A stretch of DNA of 64,000 nt from an uncultured Rhabdochlamydiaceae bacterium (GCA_963712275.1 CAVQHD010000001.1:1536001-1600000); one strand, 5' to 3'; positions 34,534-45,171 are shown, counted from the first letter of the stretch. Program-made: numbers and translations. Notes: generated by a model from the letters alone, not told the origin.

Positions 34534-36789
34534 ATGAGTTTTTTGTCTCTTTCCCCCGAAAGGGTTTTATGTCAGGCGATTTCTCACTTCCAGACGAGCT
34601 GGGCTGCTTCAGCTTGTACATTGGCAGATGCCGCTTTGATCTACAAACAAACCACATCCCTTCGCTTATCAGAACATCTTCACCCCATTCGATGGTTTTC
34701 GAACATCGTCAGCGGCGGATGGGCTCTATGGGAGGCAAAAGAGCTTGTTGATGCCTTTAAAAAACGGTCTATAACAACAAATCCTCCAATAGAAGTAGCC
34801 TCTTTCCTGGTAATCGGTGCTATTACACTCTTAGGCGCATGGTTTTTTCCACGCACCCGCCCCATCCCCAAAGAATGGAATATAGAGGCGCAAATTTTGG
34901 AAGAAAAAACCGAGAAAAATGGCATTAAGTCCCAGGTGACTTTAAGTCTTCAGCCCCCAAGGTTGCAGGCCATCGGCTATGCGATTTATCTATCGCGGAT
35001 CGTGATGAATCTTGCAATCGCTTACCTCTCCCCTCAGCGCCGCCTCTTGTGCAGTTTAAACACACTCGCGCTCATGGTAAGTCTTTTAAAAACCCACCAG
35101 CTCAAATGGCTCAATTTTTCCCGCAGATTTGACTTTACAGCTCTTTTGGAACCGGATAACGATCCAGCTTGTCTCTCCATAAAACAAAAAATTTTTTCCT
35201 ATGTTTTACCTCTTTTACCTCCTACAGGAGAAGCCGAAAAATGTCCTATATGTCAGGAAGAAACCCCTACGACCTGCTTTACCCCTAAAGAACCTTACCA
35301 CAATTCTTGTTTAATCGATAAAATTTTTGAAAAAAGCGATTATTTTTTAGATAATAATAAGAATATCTTTACCACCACAGCACACTACAAAAGCGGTTTT
35401 CATACACATAATACCTACAGTTACAAAGTCAAAATACCTCAAGAAAACTTGCCAGCCTCTTCAACAAGCCGCATTTACCCCTCCAATCACTTTTTACAAT
35501 TGATAATAGAGGACCCCATCCATGGTAAATTGCCAACGACAATTGAATGGATCACCGACTCCAATGCCCCTCAGACAAGACCTCTGCTATCCCCGACATT
35601 TTGGGCTCGACTAGACTCTATCTACAGCGCATTTCAAACTCTCCTTGCTCAAATGCATCACCGCCATCCCGAGCTTGCTGGGAAAATTCTCTCCGCCAAG
35701 CACATCCTGAGCTTATTTGATGTTGGAATGCTTATTCAAAATTACTACCAGCTTTTTCACGTTCTCTACCAGCGGCATATCCCTTCCAAAATTCATCAAA
35801 ACGCACCAGATGACAAGGTCGAGGAAGCAAGGAGTCAATTAGATGCCGTCAACCTTCAACTATCAACACTAAAAGACTCCGTAGATGCAGCCATAGAAGC
35901 AGGCACTATCACCACAAAAATCAAAGTTTATAATTCTCAAACTCCAGAAACTAAGGTATTATTAACAAGATACAATGCAGTCCTTAAGCAACTTGAACAA
36001 GCTTATAATCGTCATGAAGCAGCCTTAGAAAACCACACTAAGCTAAAAGCCTCCCTTGAGGACAAATACTGTTCTATCCTCCTTCTAGGCCTGGGAGTAG
36101 GCAGCATTGCCTTGGGCGGGATTGCTGCTTTAGCCGTTAGCTTCCTGAATAGGCAGCTGAGGCCCGCTTTCAATTTGACCGAGGCTTTGAAAAAAATTGC
36201 CGCCCCTGCAGATTTTAATAACATGAAAGTGAGCTGGTCAGCGCCCTGGTTACAATACATCTCCCAATGCCTCTTTGTAAGCCGTATCGTCGTGAATCTC
36301 GCCCTAGCTTACTTCTCCTCTGTTAACCGCCGTTCCTACTTTTTAAGCGCTTCCTTTCAAAGCCTCACTTTGTGGAAGTTGGCCCAGCTTCCTTGGATCA
36401 AACTAGAAAGAACCTTTATCCATCCTCTAGGTGCCAATAATGTCAAGAATTTGCATACCTCCTTTGAGTTTCTGCTGCCAACCCTTCCTTCTAAACTCCC
36501 CGGTTGCCCCTCTGCTGCTTCTCACTTTGAATCAAACCTGAAAGCCGCCTATGACTTTACGACTCAATTCTTCAAAGGAAGTCATTGGGAGACCTATGTG
36601 TCAATCACTAAAAGTTATGGCATTGAGGTCAGCCGCAGATTCAGTCACTATGAAGCAACCGTACAGCAACGTCCATTAGCCGCCTGCGGCTGCGCGATTT
36701 CGGGTGTGATCCATAATGTCACAGCATGGACCATCAATGCTGTCTATGGTTCTTTCCCTGTCCACATTAAATACTCTGTTCACTGTTGA
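34534..36789 (+). CDS. Hypothetical membrane protein with internal duplication and a degenerate RING-like motif
   Basis: 751 aa. Two copies of LQ.I....SRIV.NLA.AY.S..RR...W. CPICQEE...C...YHNSCL motif. Coiled coil. Confidence 0.6.
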   Translation: MSFLSLSPERVLCQAISHFQTSWAASACTLADAALIYKQTTSLRLSEHLHPIRWFSNIVSGGWALWEAKELVDAFKKRSITTNPPIEVASFLVIGAITLLGAWFFPRTRPIPKEWNIEAQILEEKTEKNGIKSQVTLSLQPPRLQAIGYAIYLSRIVMNLAIAYLSPQRRLLCSLNTLALMVSLLKTHQLKWLNFSRRFDFTALLEPDNDPACLSIKQKIFSYVLPLLPPTGEAEKCPICQEETPTTCFTPKEPYHNSCLIDKIFEKSDYFLDNNKNIFTTTAHYKSGFHTHNTYSYKVKIPQENLPASSTSRIYPSNHFLQLIIEDPIHGKLPTTIEWITDSNAPQTRPLLSPTFWARLDSIYSAFQTLLAQMHHRHPELAGKILSAKHILSLFDVGMLIQNYYQLFHVLYQRHIPSKIHQNAPDDKVEEARSQLDAVNLQLSTLKDSVDAAIEAGTITTKIKVYNSQTPETKVLLTRYNAVLKQLEQAYNRHEAALENHTKLKASLEDKYCSILLLGLGVGSIALGGIAALAVSFLNRQLRPAFNLTEALKKIAAPADFNNMKVSWSAPWLQYISQCLFVSRIVVNLALAYFSSVNRRSYFLSASFQSLTLWKLAQLPWIKLERTFIHPLGANNVKNLHTSFEFLLPTLPSKLPGCPSAASHFESNLKAAYDFTTQFFKGSHWETYVSITKSYGIEVSRRFSHYEATVQQRPLAACGCAISGVIHNVTAWTINAVYGSFPVHIKYSVHC

Positions 36790-36830
36790 ATTAATTGCGA
36801 CGCTCCTTCTAATGTGGCCATAGGAGGGAT

Positions 36831-38972
36831 ATGTTTCGGTCGAGGCTCGGTTATCAAGCGCTTGCTGCCATCGTTTTAGGAATTTTTGCTGGGCTGTTTT
36901 TCGGCCCTTATTGCGATGTTCTTAAACCGATCGGCGATGTTTTTATTGTCATCCTCCAAATTGTCGTCATCCCCTACATTCCTGCTCTTTTAATGCATGG
37001 TCTCGGCTCCTTGCCTGCGGAGATGGCAAAAAAGCTCTTTCGAAGCGGCTGGCCTATTCTGGTTCTTCTTTGGATTTTAATCCTTGTTGTTTCCTACATT
37101 GTCAGAGCCGTTATCCCGACTACTCTCCCCAATCCAGCGTCTGATTTTTCATTTGATTCCTCCGCGCTTTTCCCTTCCAAAGTAGCTCCAAGTCCTACCT
37201 CTTCGTTCTTTGGCCTTTTTCATAATACGGTTCCCGGGATTGCCCTCTTTGGGCTCTTCTTTGGCCTCGCGATTATGCACCTGAAGGAAAAAGAGCCTCT
37301 GTTAGGGTTTCTTGAAAGGGTCAATAACGCGTTCGACCGGTTGATCCGGTGGATTTCCTTTGTTGCGCCGATCGCCATTTTTTCCCATATTGCTTACGTC
37401 ATGGGAACGATCAATTTCGACGATCTACCCAAGCTCCAGCTTTACATAGGAATGGTGATCGGGACGACTTTATTTTTAAGCTTATGGGTCCTTCCTGCGC
37501 TGGTCTCATGCCTCACGTCGATTCCCATTAAAGAGATCTTCAGGGAATTCCGCATGGTGGCATTTCTTCCATTTGCAACGGGTATTCCTACGCTAGCGCT
37601 CCCCTATATCAATCATATGATGAAAAGGTTGGCTGAGAGGAAAAATTTGTCTATCGCGACATTTCAAAGCACCTCTCAAACAATCATCCCTATCGGGTTT
37701 GGGTTTGCACAAATTGGAAACTTTATCCCTCTGCTCTTTATCTTTTTTCTTTCTTTCTATTACCGTCACCCCTTCACTGGGCTTGAAGCCTTTTCACTCC
37801 CTTTCTTGATCACTCTGTTTTCAGTTGGAACGCCTCAATTTACCTTTGTCGCCCTCCCCTTTTTATTGAGGATTCTGAACCTTCCAGATGAAGGATTCAA
37901 TCTGTACGCTGAGATCTCGTCCATTACGCTCAATTTCCAAGTGCTTCTAAGCACGATCTCTATGCTCGCATTTATGATCCTCGTCGTTTTGAAATATTAC
38001 GGCCTTCTAGAGATTCAGTGGAAAAGGCTCATGCTCCACGCCAGCTGCACGGCTGCGGTTTTGATCACTGTAGCTGTCATCGGGAAAAGCCACATTCACA
38101 CACCAGACAACTATCACAATCTGTATTATAATCTGAACATGGGTAAAGCCATCGTGCACCCTCCGCAAGTGACTGTTTTTACAAAGAGACCGCCTCCCTC
38201 TTCTACTCACATTGAAAACACACTGGCTCGAATTTTAGACCGAGGCATCCTCCGTGTTGGCTACGATACACGCAATATCCCTTTCTGCTACCTGAATCAA
38301 AATAGCGAAGTCGTTGGCTACGATATCGCCTACGCCTATCAACTTGCGAAGGATCTTGACGTGAAGCTAGAACTTGTCCCGATTGAAATTAGCAGCTTAG
38401 CCTCTGATTTAGATTCGGGCTTCTATGATATTGCCATGTCGGCGATTCTAATGGATGAAACGAGAATTCTCCATCTTCAATTTTCGAATGCGTATATTGA
38501 GCAGCCGAATGTCATCGTTGTCCCTCTTGCTGAGGCCGACCTTTTTACGAACCTCAGCCAGATTAACGACAACCCTCAGATCAAAATTGGCGCGGTTGGT
38601 GGCTATAAACAAGTTGTCACCACTCATTTTCCAAAAAAAGAGGTGACACCATGCCACGGTGAAACAGACCTTCTAAGCGGAGCTATCAACGCTTATATGT
38701 GGGCAGAGCTTCCCGCCTACATTTGGTGCTTAGCACACCCTGAATATACCGTTATTTCTTTCCACCATGCCCTTGGAAAACAATATTTTGGATATCCGTG
38801 CAGCGCAAATACAGAGCAATTCATTCATTTTATCAACGATTGGCTGAAACTTAAGCAAGAGCAAGGGTTCCAATTTGAGCAGCGGCAGTATTGGTTTTTA
38901 GGCAAGGCCGAAACAGTCCAAAACGAGCGATGGAGCATCATCCGCAACGTGCTTCATTGGGTCGGTGATTAA
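36831..38972 (+). CDS. Dicarboxylate/amino acid:cation symporter fused to a family-3 solute-binding domain
   Basis: DAACS-like TM region followed by RILDRGILRVGY..IPF..VGYDI..A..LAKDL.V. Confidence 0.85.
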   Translation: MFRSRLGYQALAAIVLGIFAGLFFGPYCDVLKPIGDVFIVILQIVVIPYIPALLMHGLGSLPAEMAKKLFRSGWPILVLLWILILVVSYIVRAVIPTTLPNPASDFSFDSSALFPSKVAPSPTSSFFGLFHNTVPGIALFGLFFGLAIMHLKEKEPLLGFLERVNNAFDRLIRWISFVAPIAIFSHIAYVMGTINFDDLPKLQLYIGMVIGTTLFLSLWVLPALVSCLTSIPIKEIFREFRMVAFLPFATGIPTLALPYINHMMKRLAERKNLSIATFQSTSQTIIPIGFGFAQIGNFIPLLFIFFLSFYYRHPFTGLEAFSLPFLITLFSVGTPQFTFVALPFLLRILNLPDEGFNLYAEISSITLNFQVLLSTISMLAFMILVVLKYYGLLEIQWKRLMLHASCTAAVLITVAVIGKSHIHTPDNYHNLYYNLNMGKAIVHPPQVTVFTKRPPPSSTHIENTLARILDRGILRVGYDTRNIPFCYLNQNSEVVGYDIAYAYQLAKDLDVKLELVPIEISSLASDLDSGFYDIAMSAILMDETRILHLQFSNAYIEQPNVIVVPLAEADLFTNLSQINDNPQIKIGAVGGYKQVVTTHFPKKEVTPCHGETDLLSGAINAYMWAELPAYIWCLAHPEYTVISFHHALGKQYFGYPCSANTEQFIHFINDWLKLKQEQGFQFEQRQYWFLGKAETVQNERWSIIRNVLHWVGD

Positions 38973-38990
38973 GTAAAGGATGTGAATTTC

Positions 38991-39167
38991 ATTTGAAACT
39001 TTTGTCGACTCAGACTTGTTTCCATTTCTTCACCACCGAGACACAGAGAGGGATGAGATTGCACAGAGAAAAAATTCCTCTGTGCAATCTCATCCCTCTC
39101 TGTGTCTCGGTGGTGAAGAAATGGAAATAAGTCCGAGTGAACAAAAGTTTCAAATATCTATTCTAGT
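38991..39167. repeat. Palindromic repeat family A, copy 2
   Basis: 165-bp inverted repeat homologous to 14155, plus the shared ATCTATTCTAGT tail. Confidence 0.92.
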
Positions 39168-39235
39168 TTCCTGTGCCTTAGCCTTGACTGAATGGCTCTA
39201 TCTTTAAAGACCGTGGACTCGTATAATGAGAAATA

Positions 39236-41359
39236 ATGCATCCTCAATACAACTCTTTTAGACAAGTTATCTTAGAATTTCTTCGTGGTAAAAAATATGA
39301 GCCGATGGGAGAAAAGGTCCTTCTTACTCAACTTAAGATCAACTCAAAATTTTATTCCCTCTGCCGTCAAATTTTAAAAGATCTCGTTCAAGAAGGCATT
39401 ATTGTCGTTAAGCGGAAGCAATTTTGCTTAAATAAACCTGCCGCTGAGGTGGTTTCCGGAGTGATTCGGCTTCATCCGAAAGGGTTTGGGTTTGTCCTAC
39501 CCGATGATCTGACTCTTTATGCTCAAGATATTTTTATCCCTAAACATCTGACAGATACAGCAGTTGATGGAGACAAGGTCGAAGTTGAGGTCGCCCCAGA
39601 ATCGAACTGGAGTAAGGGTCCCGAAGGGAAAATTGTCGCTATTTTACACCGAAGCAGAACGCATATCGCCGCCACCTTGCATCACTTTGAAACACCGCGG
39701 CGGGTCTATGCTTACTCCCCTATCCTTGGCAGCTCCAAACTGATCGCTGTCGTCCCTAAGAAAAAAAGTCAAATCGGAGACCGCGTCGTTCTGCAGATGA
39801 TCAGCTGGGGTGAAGACACCATTCCGCCGTCAGGAGAAATTACCCATTTCCTCGGGTCTATCGATGATGCCTCCATTGACGTTAAGTCAGCAATTGAAGA
39901 ATTCGACCTTCACAGCACCTTTTCTCCAAAGGCGATGGAACAGGCGCTCTCCTGGGGAGCCGAAGTGTCAAAGGCCGATCTCAAACAAAGAACAGACTTA
40001 ACTTCCCTGACGACGGTGACAATTGACCCTGAGACTGCAAAAGACTTTGATGACGCCCTTTCCCTGACAAAGGATTCCAAAGGAATTTACCACCTGGGAG
40101 TTCACATTGCCGACGTCGCCCATTATGTCCCTGCCGGAACAGACCTCGATAAGGAAGCAAAAGAGCGAGGTAATTCAACGTATTTTCCTGGACAGTGCCT
40201 TCCCATGCTTCCTCATGAACTCTCCGACCAGCTCTGCAGCCTGAACCCCGATGTGATCCGCCTTACCATCTCCGTTCTCATGGATTTTGACTCCACAGGA
40301 ACGCTTTTAAAAACAGATGTCGTTCGCAGTTATATTAAAAGCGCCAAAAGGTTCACCTATGAAGAAGCCAAGGAAGTGCTTGACGGCGCCAAAAAAAGCC
40401 CACATCAGCAGCTCTTAGCCCTCATGGTCGAGCTTTGCCTTCTTTTGAAAGAGAAAAGGTATGAACGAGGAAGCATCGATTTTTCTCTTCCTGAGCTTCA
40501 AATCATCGTTGATGAAAAGGGACAACCCCACCAAACGAGACGTGTTGAATACGATATCACCCATCAACTCGTCGAAGAATTTATGCTTAAAGCCAATGAA
40601 ATGGTCGCTAGGCACCTCGCAGAAAAAGGGAAGCACGCCGTCTTCCGAATTCACGAAGAGCCCGCCCCTGCCGACCGCACTGAGTTTTATGGAATGGCTC
40701 GCGCCATGGGATTTTCTCTGCCGCAAGAGCCGACTAAGCAAGATCTGCAGCAGCTCTTTGAAAAAGCTCGCAATACCCCTCATGCCCACCAACTGGCCAT
40801 CGGCTTTATTCGGAGCATGAAACTCGCCTATTACTCACCTGAAAACGTAGGTCATTACGGCCTTTCTCTCGACTATTATTGCCATTTTACCAGCCCCATC
40901 AGGCGATATACAGACCTGATCATCCAGCGACTCTTGTTTAACGAAGAAGGGGATGCAATCAACCTCGATGAAATTGCCAAACAGTGCTCCGAACGAGAGA
41001 GGATTTCCTTTCGGGCTGAGTCAACTGTTAAACTCCTCAAAAAATTCCGCCTTCTTTACCGTTGGATGAAAGAAGATCCGAGCGCTGTTTACGATGCTGC
41101 CGTGACCCGCGTTAAACCGTTTGGACTCTCTTTTGATCTATCCCATTTGATGTTGGAAGGGTTCCTTCATATTTCCGAACTTGAAAACGACTACTTTGTC
41201 TTCAATCCCAATCAAGACCTCCTCTTTGGGCGAGCGACCGGAAAAGTCCACAAAGTTGGCGAATCGATCAAAGTCAGGCCTATCTCGCTTGACCTTGTCC
41301 TCCTAGAGGCGAAGTGGGAACTCGTTCTTCCCAAAAAACAACGCCGCCGTGAGAAATAA
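39236..41359 (+). CDS. rnr: Ribonuclease R
   Basis: HPKGFGF, TIDPETAKDFDDA, HIADV, HFTSPIRRYTD and a C-terminal S1 domain. Confidence 0.95.
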   Translation: MHPQYNSFRQVILEFLRGKKYEPMGEKVLLTQLKINSKFYSLCRQILKDLVQEGIIVVKRKQFCLNKPAAEVVSGVIRLHPKGFGFVLPDDLTLYAQDIFIPKHLTDTAVDGDKVEVEVAPESNWSKGPEGKIVAILHRSRTHIAATLHHFETPRRVYAYSPILGSSKLIAVVPKKKSQIGDRVVLQMISWGEDTIPPSGEITHFLGSIDDASIDVKSAIEEFDLHSTFSPKAMEQALSWGAEVSKADLKQRTDLTSLTTVTIDPETAKDFDDALSLTKDSKGIYHLGVHIADVAHYVPAGTDLDKEAKERGNSTYFPGQCLPMLPHELSDQLCSLNPDVIRLTISVLMDFDSTGTLLKTDVVRSYIKSAKRFTYEEAKEVLDGAKKSPHQQLLALMVELCLLLKEKRYERGSIDFSLPELQIIVDEKGQPHQTRRVEYDITHQLVEEFMLKANEMVARHLAEKGKHAVFRIHEEPAPADRTEFYGMARAMGFSLPQEPTKQDLQQLFEKARNTPHAHQLAIGFIRSMKLAYYSPENVGHYGLSLDYYCHFTSPIRRYTDLIIQRLLFNEEGDAINLDEIAKQCSERERISFRAESTVKLLKKFRLLYRWMKEDPSAVYDAAVTRVKPFGLSFDLSHLMLEGFLHISELENDYFVFNPNQDLLFGRATGKVHKVGESIKVRPISLDLVLLEAKWELVLPKKQRRREK

Positions 41360-41978
41360 GATCCTTTCTTTGAGCTTTTATCAAAGTAGTGATGTCGTCA
41401 CCCTTGCGCAGGGCTTTCTTGGGAAAGTGCTCGTCTCGTCTATCCAAGGTCAATATGTCAGCGGCATCATCACCGAAACAGAGGCGTATGAAGGCATCAC
41501 AGATCGAGCCTGCCATGCTTATGGCGATAGGCGAACCCCTCGAACAGAGGTGATGTATCAGAGCGGCGGCGTTGCCTACGTCTACCTCTGCTACGGCATT
41601 CACCACCTCTTGAATGTCATCACAGGACCCGAGGAGACCCCTCATGCCGTCCTTATCCGCAGAGTCCACCCTTTAGAGGGAATCCCGATCATGCAAGAAA
41701 GACGAGGCCGAAAAGACCCCCTTTGCACAGGACCTGGAACCGTGGCCCAGGCTTTTGGAATTGATCTCCGCTTCAATGGAGCCTCTTTAGTGGGACCCTT
41801 CCTTTGGATCGAAGATCGAGCCGTTCAAGTTGGCCGCATCGAAGCCTCTCCTCGAATCGGCGTGGATTACGCAGGACCCGATGCGCTTCTCCCCTATCGG
41901 TTTTCTGTAAAAATAACCGCAAAAGGAAGATCGGGCAAGGGAACGGGCACGGCAACGTTCACGAAAGAAGTCCTCTGA
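41349..41978 (+). CDS. mpg: 3-methyladenine DNA glycosylase (AAG/MPG family)
   Basis: ITETEAY, YVYLCYGIH, AVLIR, GPG, PRIG and LPYRF motifs. Confidence 0.9.
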   Translation: MRNKILSLSFYQSSDVVTLAQGFLGKVLVSSIQGQYVSGIITETEAYEGITDRACHAYGDRRTPRTEVMYQSGGVAYVYLCYGIHHLLNVITGPEETPHAVLIRRVHPLEGIPIMQERRGRKDPLCTGPGTVAQAFGIDLRFNGASLVGPFLWIEDRAVQVGRIEASPRIGVDYAGPDALLPYRFSVKITAKGRSGKGTGTATFTKEVL

Positions 41979-42066
41979 GCCCTTTTAAAATAAAATGCAT
42001 GAGCAATTCACGCCTTTGGCTTTTTCCTTCGTGAACGTTGCCGTGCCCGTTCCCTTGCCCGATCTT
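41927..42066. repeat. Inverted repeat with 39-bp perfect arms built of degenerate hexamers
   Basis: AAGATCGGGCAAGGGAACGGGCACGGCAACGTTCACGAA (41927-41965) and its exact reverse complement (42028-42066), with a 62-nt spacer. Confidence 0.9.
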
Positions 42067-42104
42067 TTTTTCTCTAAAATACGATAACCTGCTATAAATG
42101 CCCT

Positions 42105-42758
42105 ATGTTTCAATCTCTAAAGAAAAACTTACTTGCGGGACTAATTATCCTACTGCCGATTGCTACCACGATCGCCCTCCTGAGTTTTCTGATCAATTTA
42201 TTTACCAGCCCTTTTGTCGATGTCGTCACAACATTCTTGATCAAGTTAAAGATCTCTTTCAAAGGATTTTTGTTTCTCTCTTCTGAGCAAGTAATTCAGT
42301 ATGCCAGTAAACTGCTCGTTCTCATTTTACTGTTTTTTTTAACCATCATTTTAGGAATTCTCACTAGGTGGATTGTCATTAAATCCCTTCTGTCGTTTGC
42401 AGATAAGCTCGTGCATAAGATTCCGGTGATCAACACAATTTATAAAGCCTCGCAAGAGATTATCAAAACGTTCTTCAAACCTGATCAAACATCCTTCAAG
42501 CAAGTCGTCATGGTTCCTTTCCCCCATAAAGAGGCCTATGCTCTAGGACTTGTCTCTCGCGAGTCTCCCTCAACCTACACTGAAGCTGCCGGATCAAAAC
42601 TTGTTTCCGTCTTAATCCCAACGACCCCCAACCCCACATCCGGATTTCTTCTCATGTACGATCCAGCCGATCTCATTTACATCGACATGAAGCCTGAGAC
42701 CGCAATTAAATATATCGTCTCCGGAGGGGTACTAGCCCCTGAAAAGAGGCATTCATGA
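42105..42758 (+). CDS. DUF502 family membrane protein
   Basis: LAGLIILLP, KIPVINTIY, VMVPFP, IPTTPNPTSGF and IVSGG motifs. Confidence 0.88.
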   Translation: MFQSLKKNLLAGLIILLPIATTIALLSFLINLFTSPFVDVVTTFLIKLKISFKGFLFLSSEQVIQYASKLLVLILLFFLTIILGILTRWIVIKSLLSFADKLVHKIPVINTIYKASQEIIKTFFKPDQTSFKQVVMVPFPHKEAYALGLVSRESPSTYTEAAGSKLVSVLIPTTPNPTSGFLLMYDPADLIYIDMKPETAIKYIVSGGVLAPEKRHS

Positions 42759-43390
42759 AAAAGTCGTTCTCCACTGGTTTAGTGATCTTGCTGCCGTTTG
42801 CCCTTTCTTTATGGGTTCTAAAGTACCTCTTTGATCTTTTCACCAATCCCCTCTATCACCTCATTGAATATGTTCTGGTTTGGTATGAACACAACCATGG
42901 AATAATGCCTACCCACCACGACACGCTTGTCCACTTTTTTAGCCGGCTTGCGGCGCTCATTGCGACCTTTTTTCTCATCATCATCCTAGGCTTTTTAGGG
43001 CGAAGATTCTTTTTCCATTCGCTCATAAAGACCACCAACAAACTGATTTTCAAAATTCCAATGATCGGCGCTCTATACAGACTGACAAAAGACATCACAA
43101 AAGCAATCCTCTCCTCTGACAAAAAAACCTTCAAGGAAACTACTTTAATCCCGTTTCCATCCCCAGGATCTTATTCTATTGGGTTTGTCACAGGAGACGT
43201 CCCTTCAGACCTTCAGCAGCTCCTTCCTTCTGTAGACGTCACCGTCTTTGTCCCGACAGCCCCGCATCCCATCTCAGGGTATGTCCTCTTTTGCCCTCGC
43301 TCATCGCTGCGCCCCCTTCAGGTCTCCGTCGAAGACACCTTTAAATTTTTGCTCTCTTGCGGCGTCATCCACCCCACCAACAAAAAATGA
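42755..43390 (+). CDS. DUF502 family membrane protein (tandem paralog)
   Basis: TGLVILLP, KIPMIGALY, VFVPTAPHPISGY and LLSCGV motifs. Confidence 0.88.
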   Translation: MKKSFSTGLVILLPFALSLWVLKYLFDLFTNPLYHLIEYVLVWYEHNHGIMPTHHDTLVHFFSRLAALIATFFLIIILGFLGRRFFFHSLIKTTNKLIFKIPMIGALYRLTKDITKAILSSDKKTFKETTLIPFPSPGSYSIGFVTGDVPSDLQQLLPSVDVTVFVPTAPHPISGYVLFCPRSSLRPLQVSVEDTFKFLLSCGVIHPTNKK

Positions 43391-43773
43391 ATACAAAGAT
43401 CATCTTTTTCCCCGTCCAAACAACGCCTCTTAAACTTGCCAAGATCTGCGAAATTGGCAAACGGCATTTTGAAGGCAAAGATCCGCTCCTTTTCTTACTC
43501 CCCGATCAGACCGCCTATGATTTCTTAGATCGGCTTCTGTGGGCCTCTCCTCCTGAGAGCTTTCTCCCACACCCCTCCAAACTCATCCACCTCAGCCTGC
43601 ATGTAGATCCTGCCTACTTAACCATCTTCAACCTATGCCCCACGCCTCTTGCCTCCCAAGGACTTAAAACCATTTATGAGATCGAAGACCACACCTCTCC
43701 AGACAAGCGAAAGCTCTCAGAGCTCAGGTACCACTCCTACAAAGAGCAATCCCTTCAGATTATTTATGGTTAA
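43387..43773 (+). CDS. holC: DNA polymerase III chi subunit-like
   Basis: LDRLLW...ESFLPH signature and a C-terminal RY..YK. Confidence 0.7.
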   Translation: MNTKIIFFPVQTTPLKLAKICEIGKRHFEGKDPLLFLLPDQTAYDFLDRLLWASPPESFLPHPSKLIHLSLHVDPAYLTIFNLCPTPLASQGLKTIYEIEDHTSPDKRKLSELRYHSYKEQSLQIIYG

Positions 43774-45017
43774 GCAATATAAACATTATACAGGGTTTGT
43801 GGAATGGCGCGAATTCCTCCGGTTTTTGCAGCATAGAAGATTGCATTCCAGAAAGCCCTCTGAGGGCATGCAGCCTCTATAATCCAGCCCAGTTGGCCAG
43901 TAAAGCTAGCTCGAGCAAACTCTGCGACAGAAACTTTCGTTAACAATCCATTATGCGTAAGGTATATTGGATCTATCAATCCAAATAAAGTCCATTTAAT
44001 TGGATCTGCTTGAAACATCGTTAGCAAAGATAAACTATGAAAACCAATTGCAAAGAGGTAATCAGCGACTCGATTAACTTTTTTAGCGACCTCTTTAACC
44101 CGGCTCCAAAGAGTTGGCGGAGAAGCCGCAGATACGTCGAGTAAGAGTCCTTTTAAAGCTTGGAGCCGTTTTTCAGGTGATATCTCTGCTAAAATATTTT
44201 CAGCATCTTTTCTTGAAAAGATTCCTTTTTCAATCAGTTTTAAATCAAGGTACCCATTCAAATTTTGATCCCATCCAAGTCCTGCTAGAACCTCATTCCA
44301 GTCACTCACACGAAATCCCGCTTCCGATAGCTTCATGAAAGGCAAAAAATCATCATCGCCATTCAGACCATTATTACTAGTCTCCTCTTGCCTGTCTCCA
44401 CGCGCACCAAGAGGCTTTAATACATTCCCTTTAAGTACCCCTAACAACTGGTCTATTGCAGATCTGCCTTCTCGCTGTTCTTGTGGACTTATTTGATCAA
44501 GGGTTCGAAGCTTGTTAATCATCTCCCTACATGTCAAAGAAATCTCCCTCTTCATGGCATCTATATGCGCTTCTGCTGGATCTGTCTGTTGCAGAACTCT
44601 CTGCCACTTGAGAATAGATCTTCGAATACTCTGAATAAATATTTTTAGTGAATCTAACGTCAGAAGATCGTCTTTTTGACTGAAGTAGGCATAAACCTTT
44701 TTATAAAGGGGACTCCAAATAGGTGAAGAAAAGTGAAAAATGAACCTGATCCCAAAAAGGACACAGGACATCGTCGCAACTCGGTCTACTATGCCATAGA
44801 GATCAGGTGAGAACATCACCACTCGAGGCAACTCATAAACGTTGTTGATCTGTCTTAACTCAGAAAAAGCCTTTTTTGCCAGTTCAGGAATTTGAGAAAC
44901 TTCTAAACCATTTTCTACAATTTCCTTTATCTCCGACACTAAACAACAAATGATAATACTCGGATAGAGTGGAAACCCCGACATCAAAAGAAGCTGACCA
45001 GCCATTGTTTCCTCCAA
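43770..45017 (-). CDS. Hypothetical protein (AT-rich, hydrophobic segments; candidate effector)
   Basis: 415-aa ORF with no recognisable motif; start uncertain. Confidence 0.55.
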   Translation of the reverse strand: MEETMAGQLLLMSGFPLYPSIIICCLVSEIKEIVENGLEVSQIPELAKKAFSELRQINNVYELPRVVMFSPDLYGIVDRVATMSCVLFGIRFIFHFSSPIWSPLYKKVYAYFSQKDDLLTLDSLKIFIQSIRRSILKWQRVLQQTDPAEAHIDAMKREISLTCREMINKLRTLDQISPQEQREGRSAIDQLLGVLKGNVLKPLGARGDRQEETSNNGLNGDDDFLPFMKLSEAGFRVSDWNEVLAGLGWDQNLNGYLDLKLIEKGIFSRKDAENILAEISPEKRLQALKGLLLDVSAASPPTLWSRVKEVAKKVNRVADYLFAIGFHSLSLLTMFQADPIKWTLFGLIDPIYLTHNGLLTKVSVAEFARASFTGQLGWIIEAACPQRAFWNAIFYAAKTGGIRAIPQTLYNVYIA

Positions 45018-45171
45018 AAAACATCAATAAAATTTTTAAGCTCGTTAAAAGTTTAGCATATTTTTCCTTTCAGTCAATTAAAAAACCCAATTTTGAATCT
45101 CTTCTTGAACCATTTTCGCCTCTCATTTACAATCCTCTTCTTAGAAGCTGTCTTAATATTGGAGAGATCAG

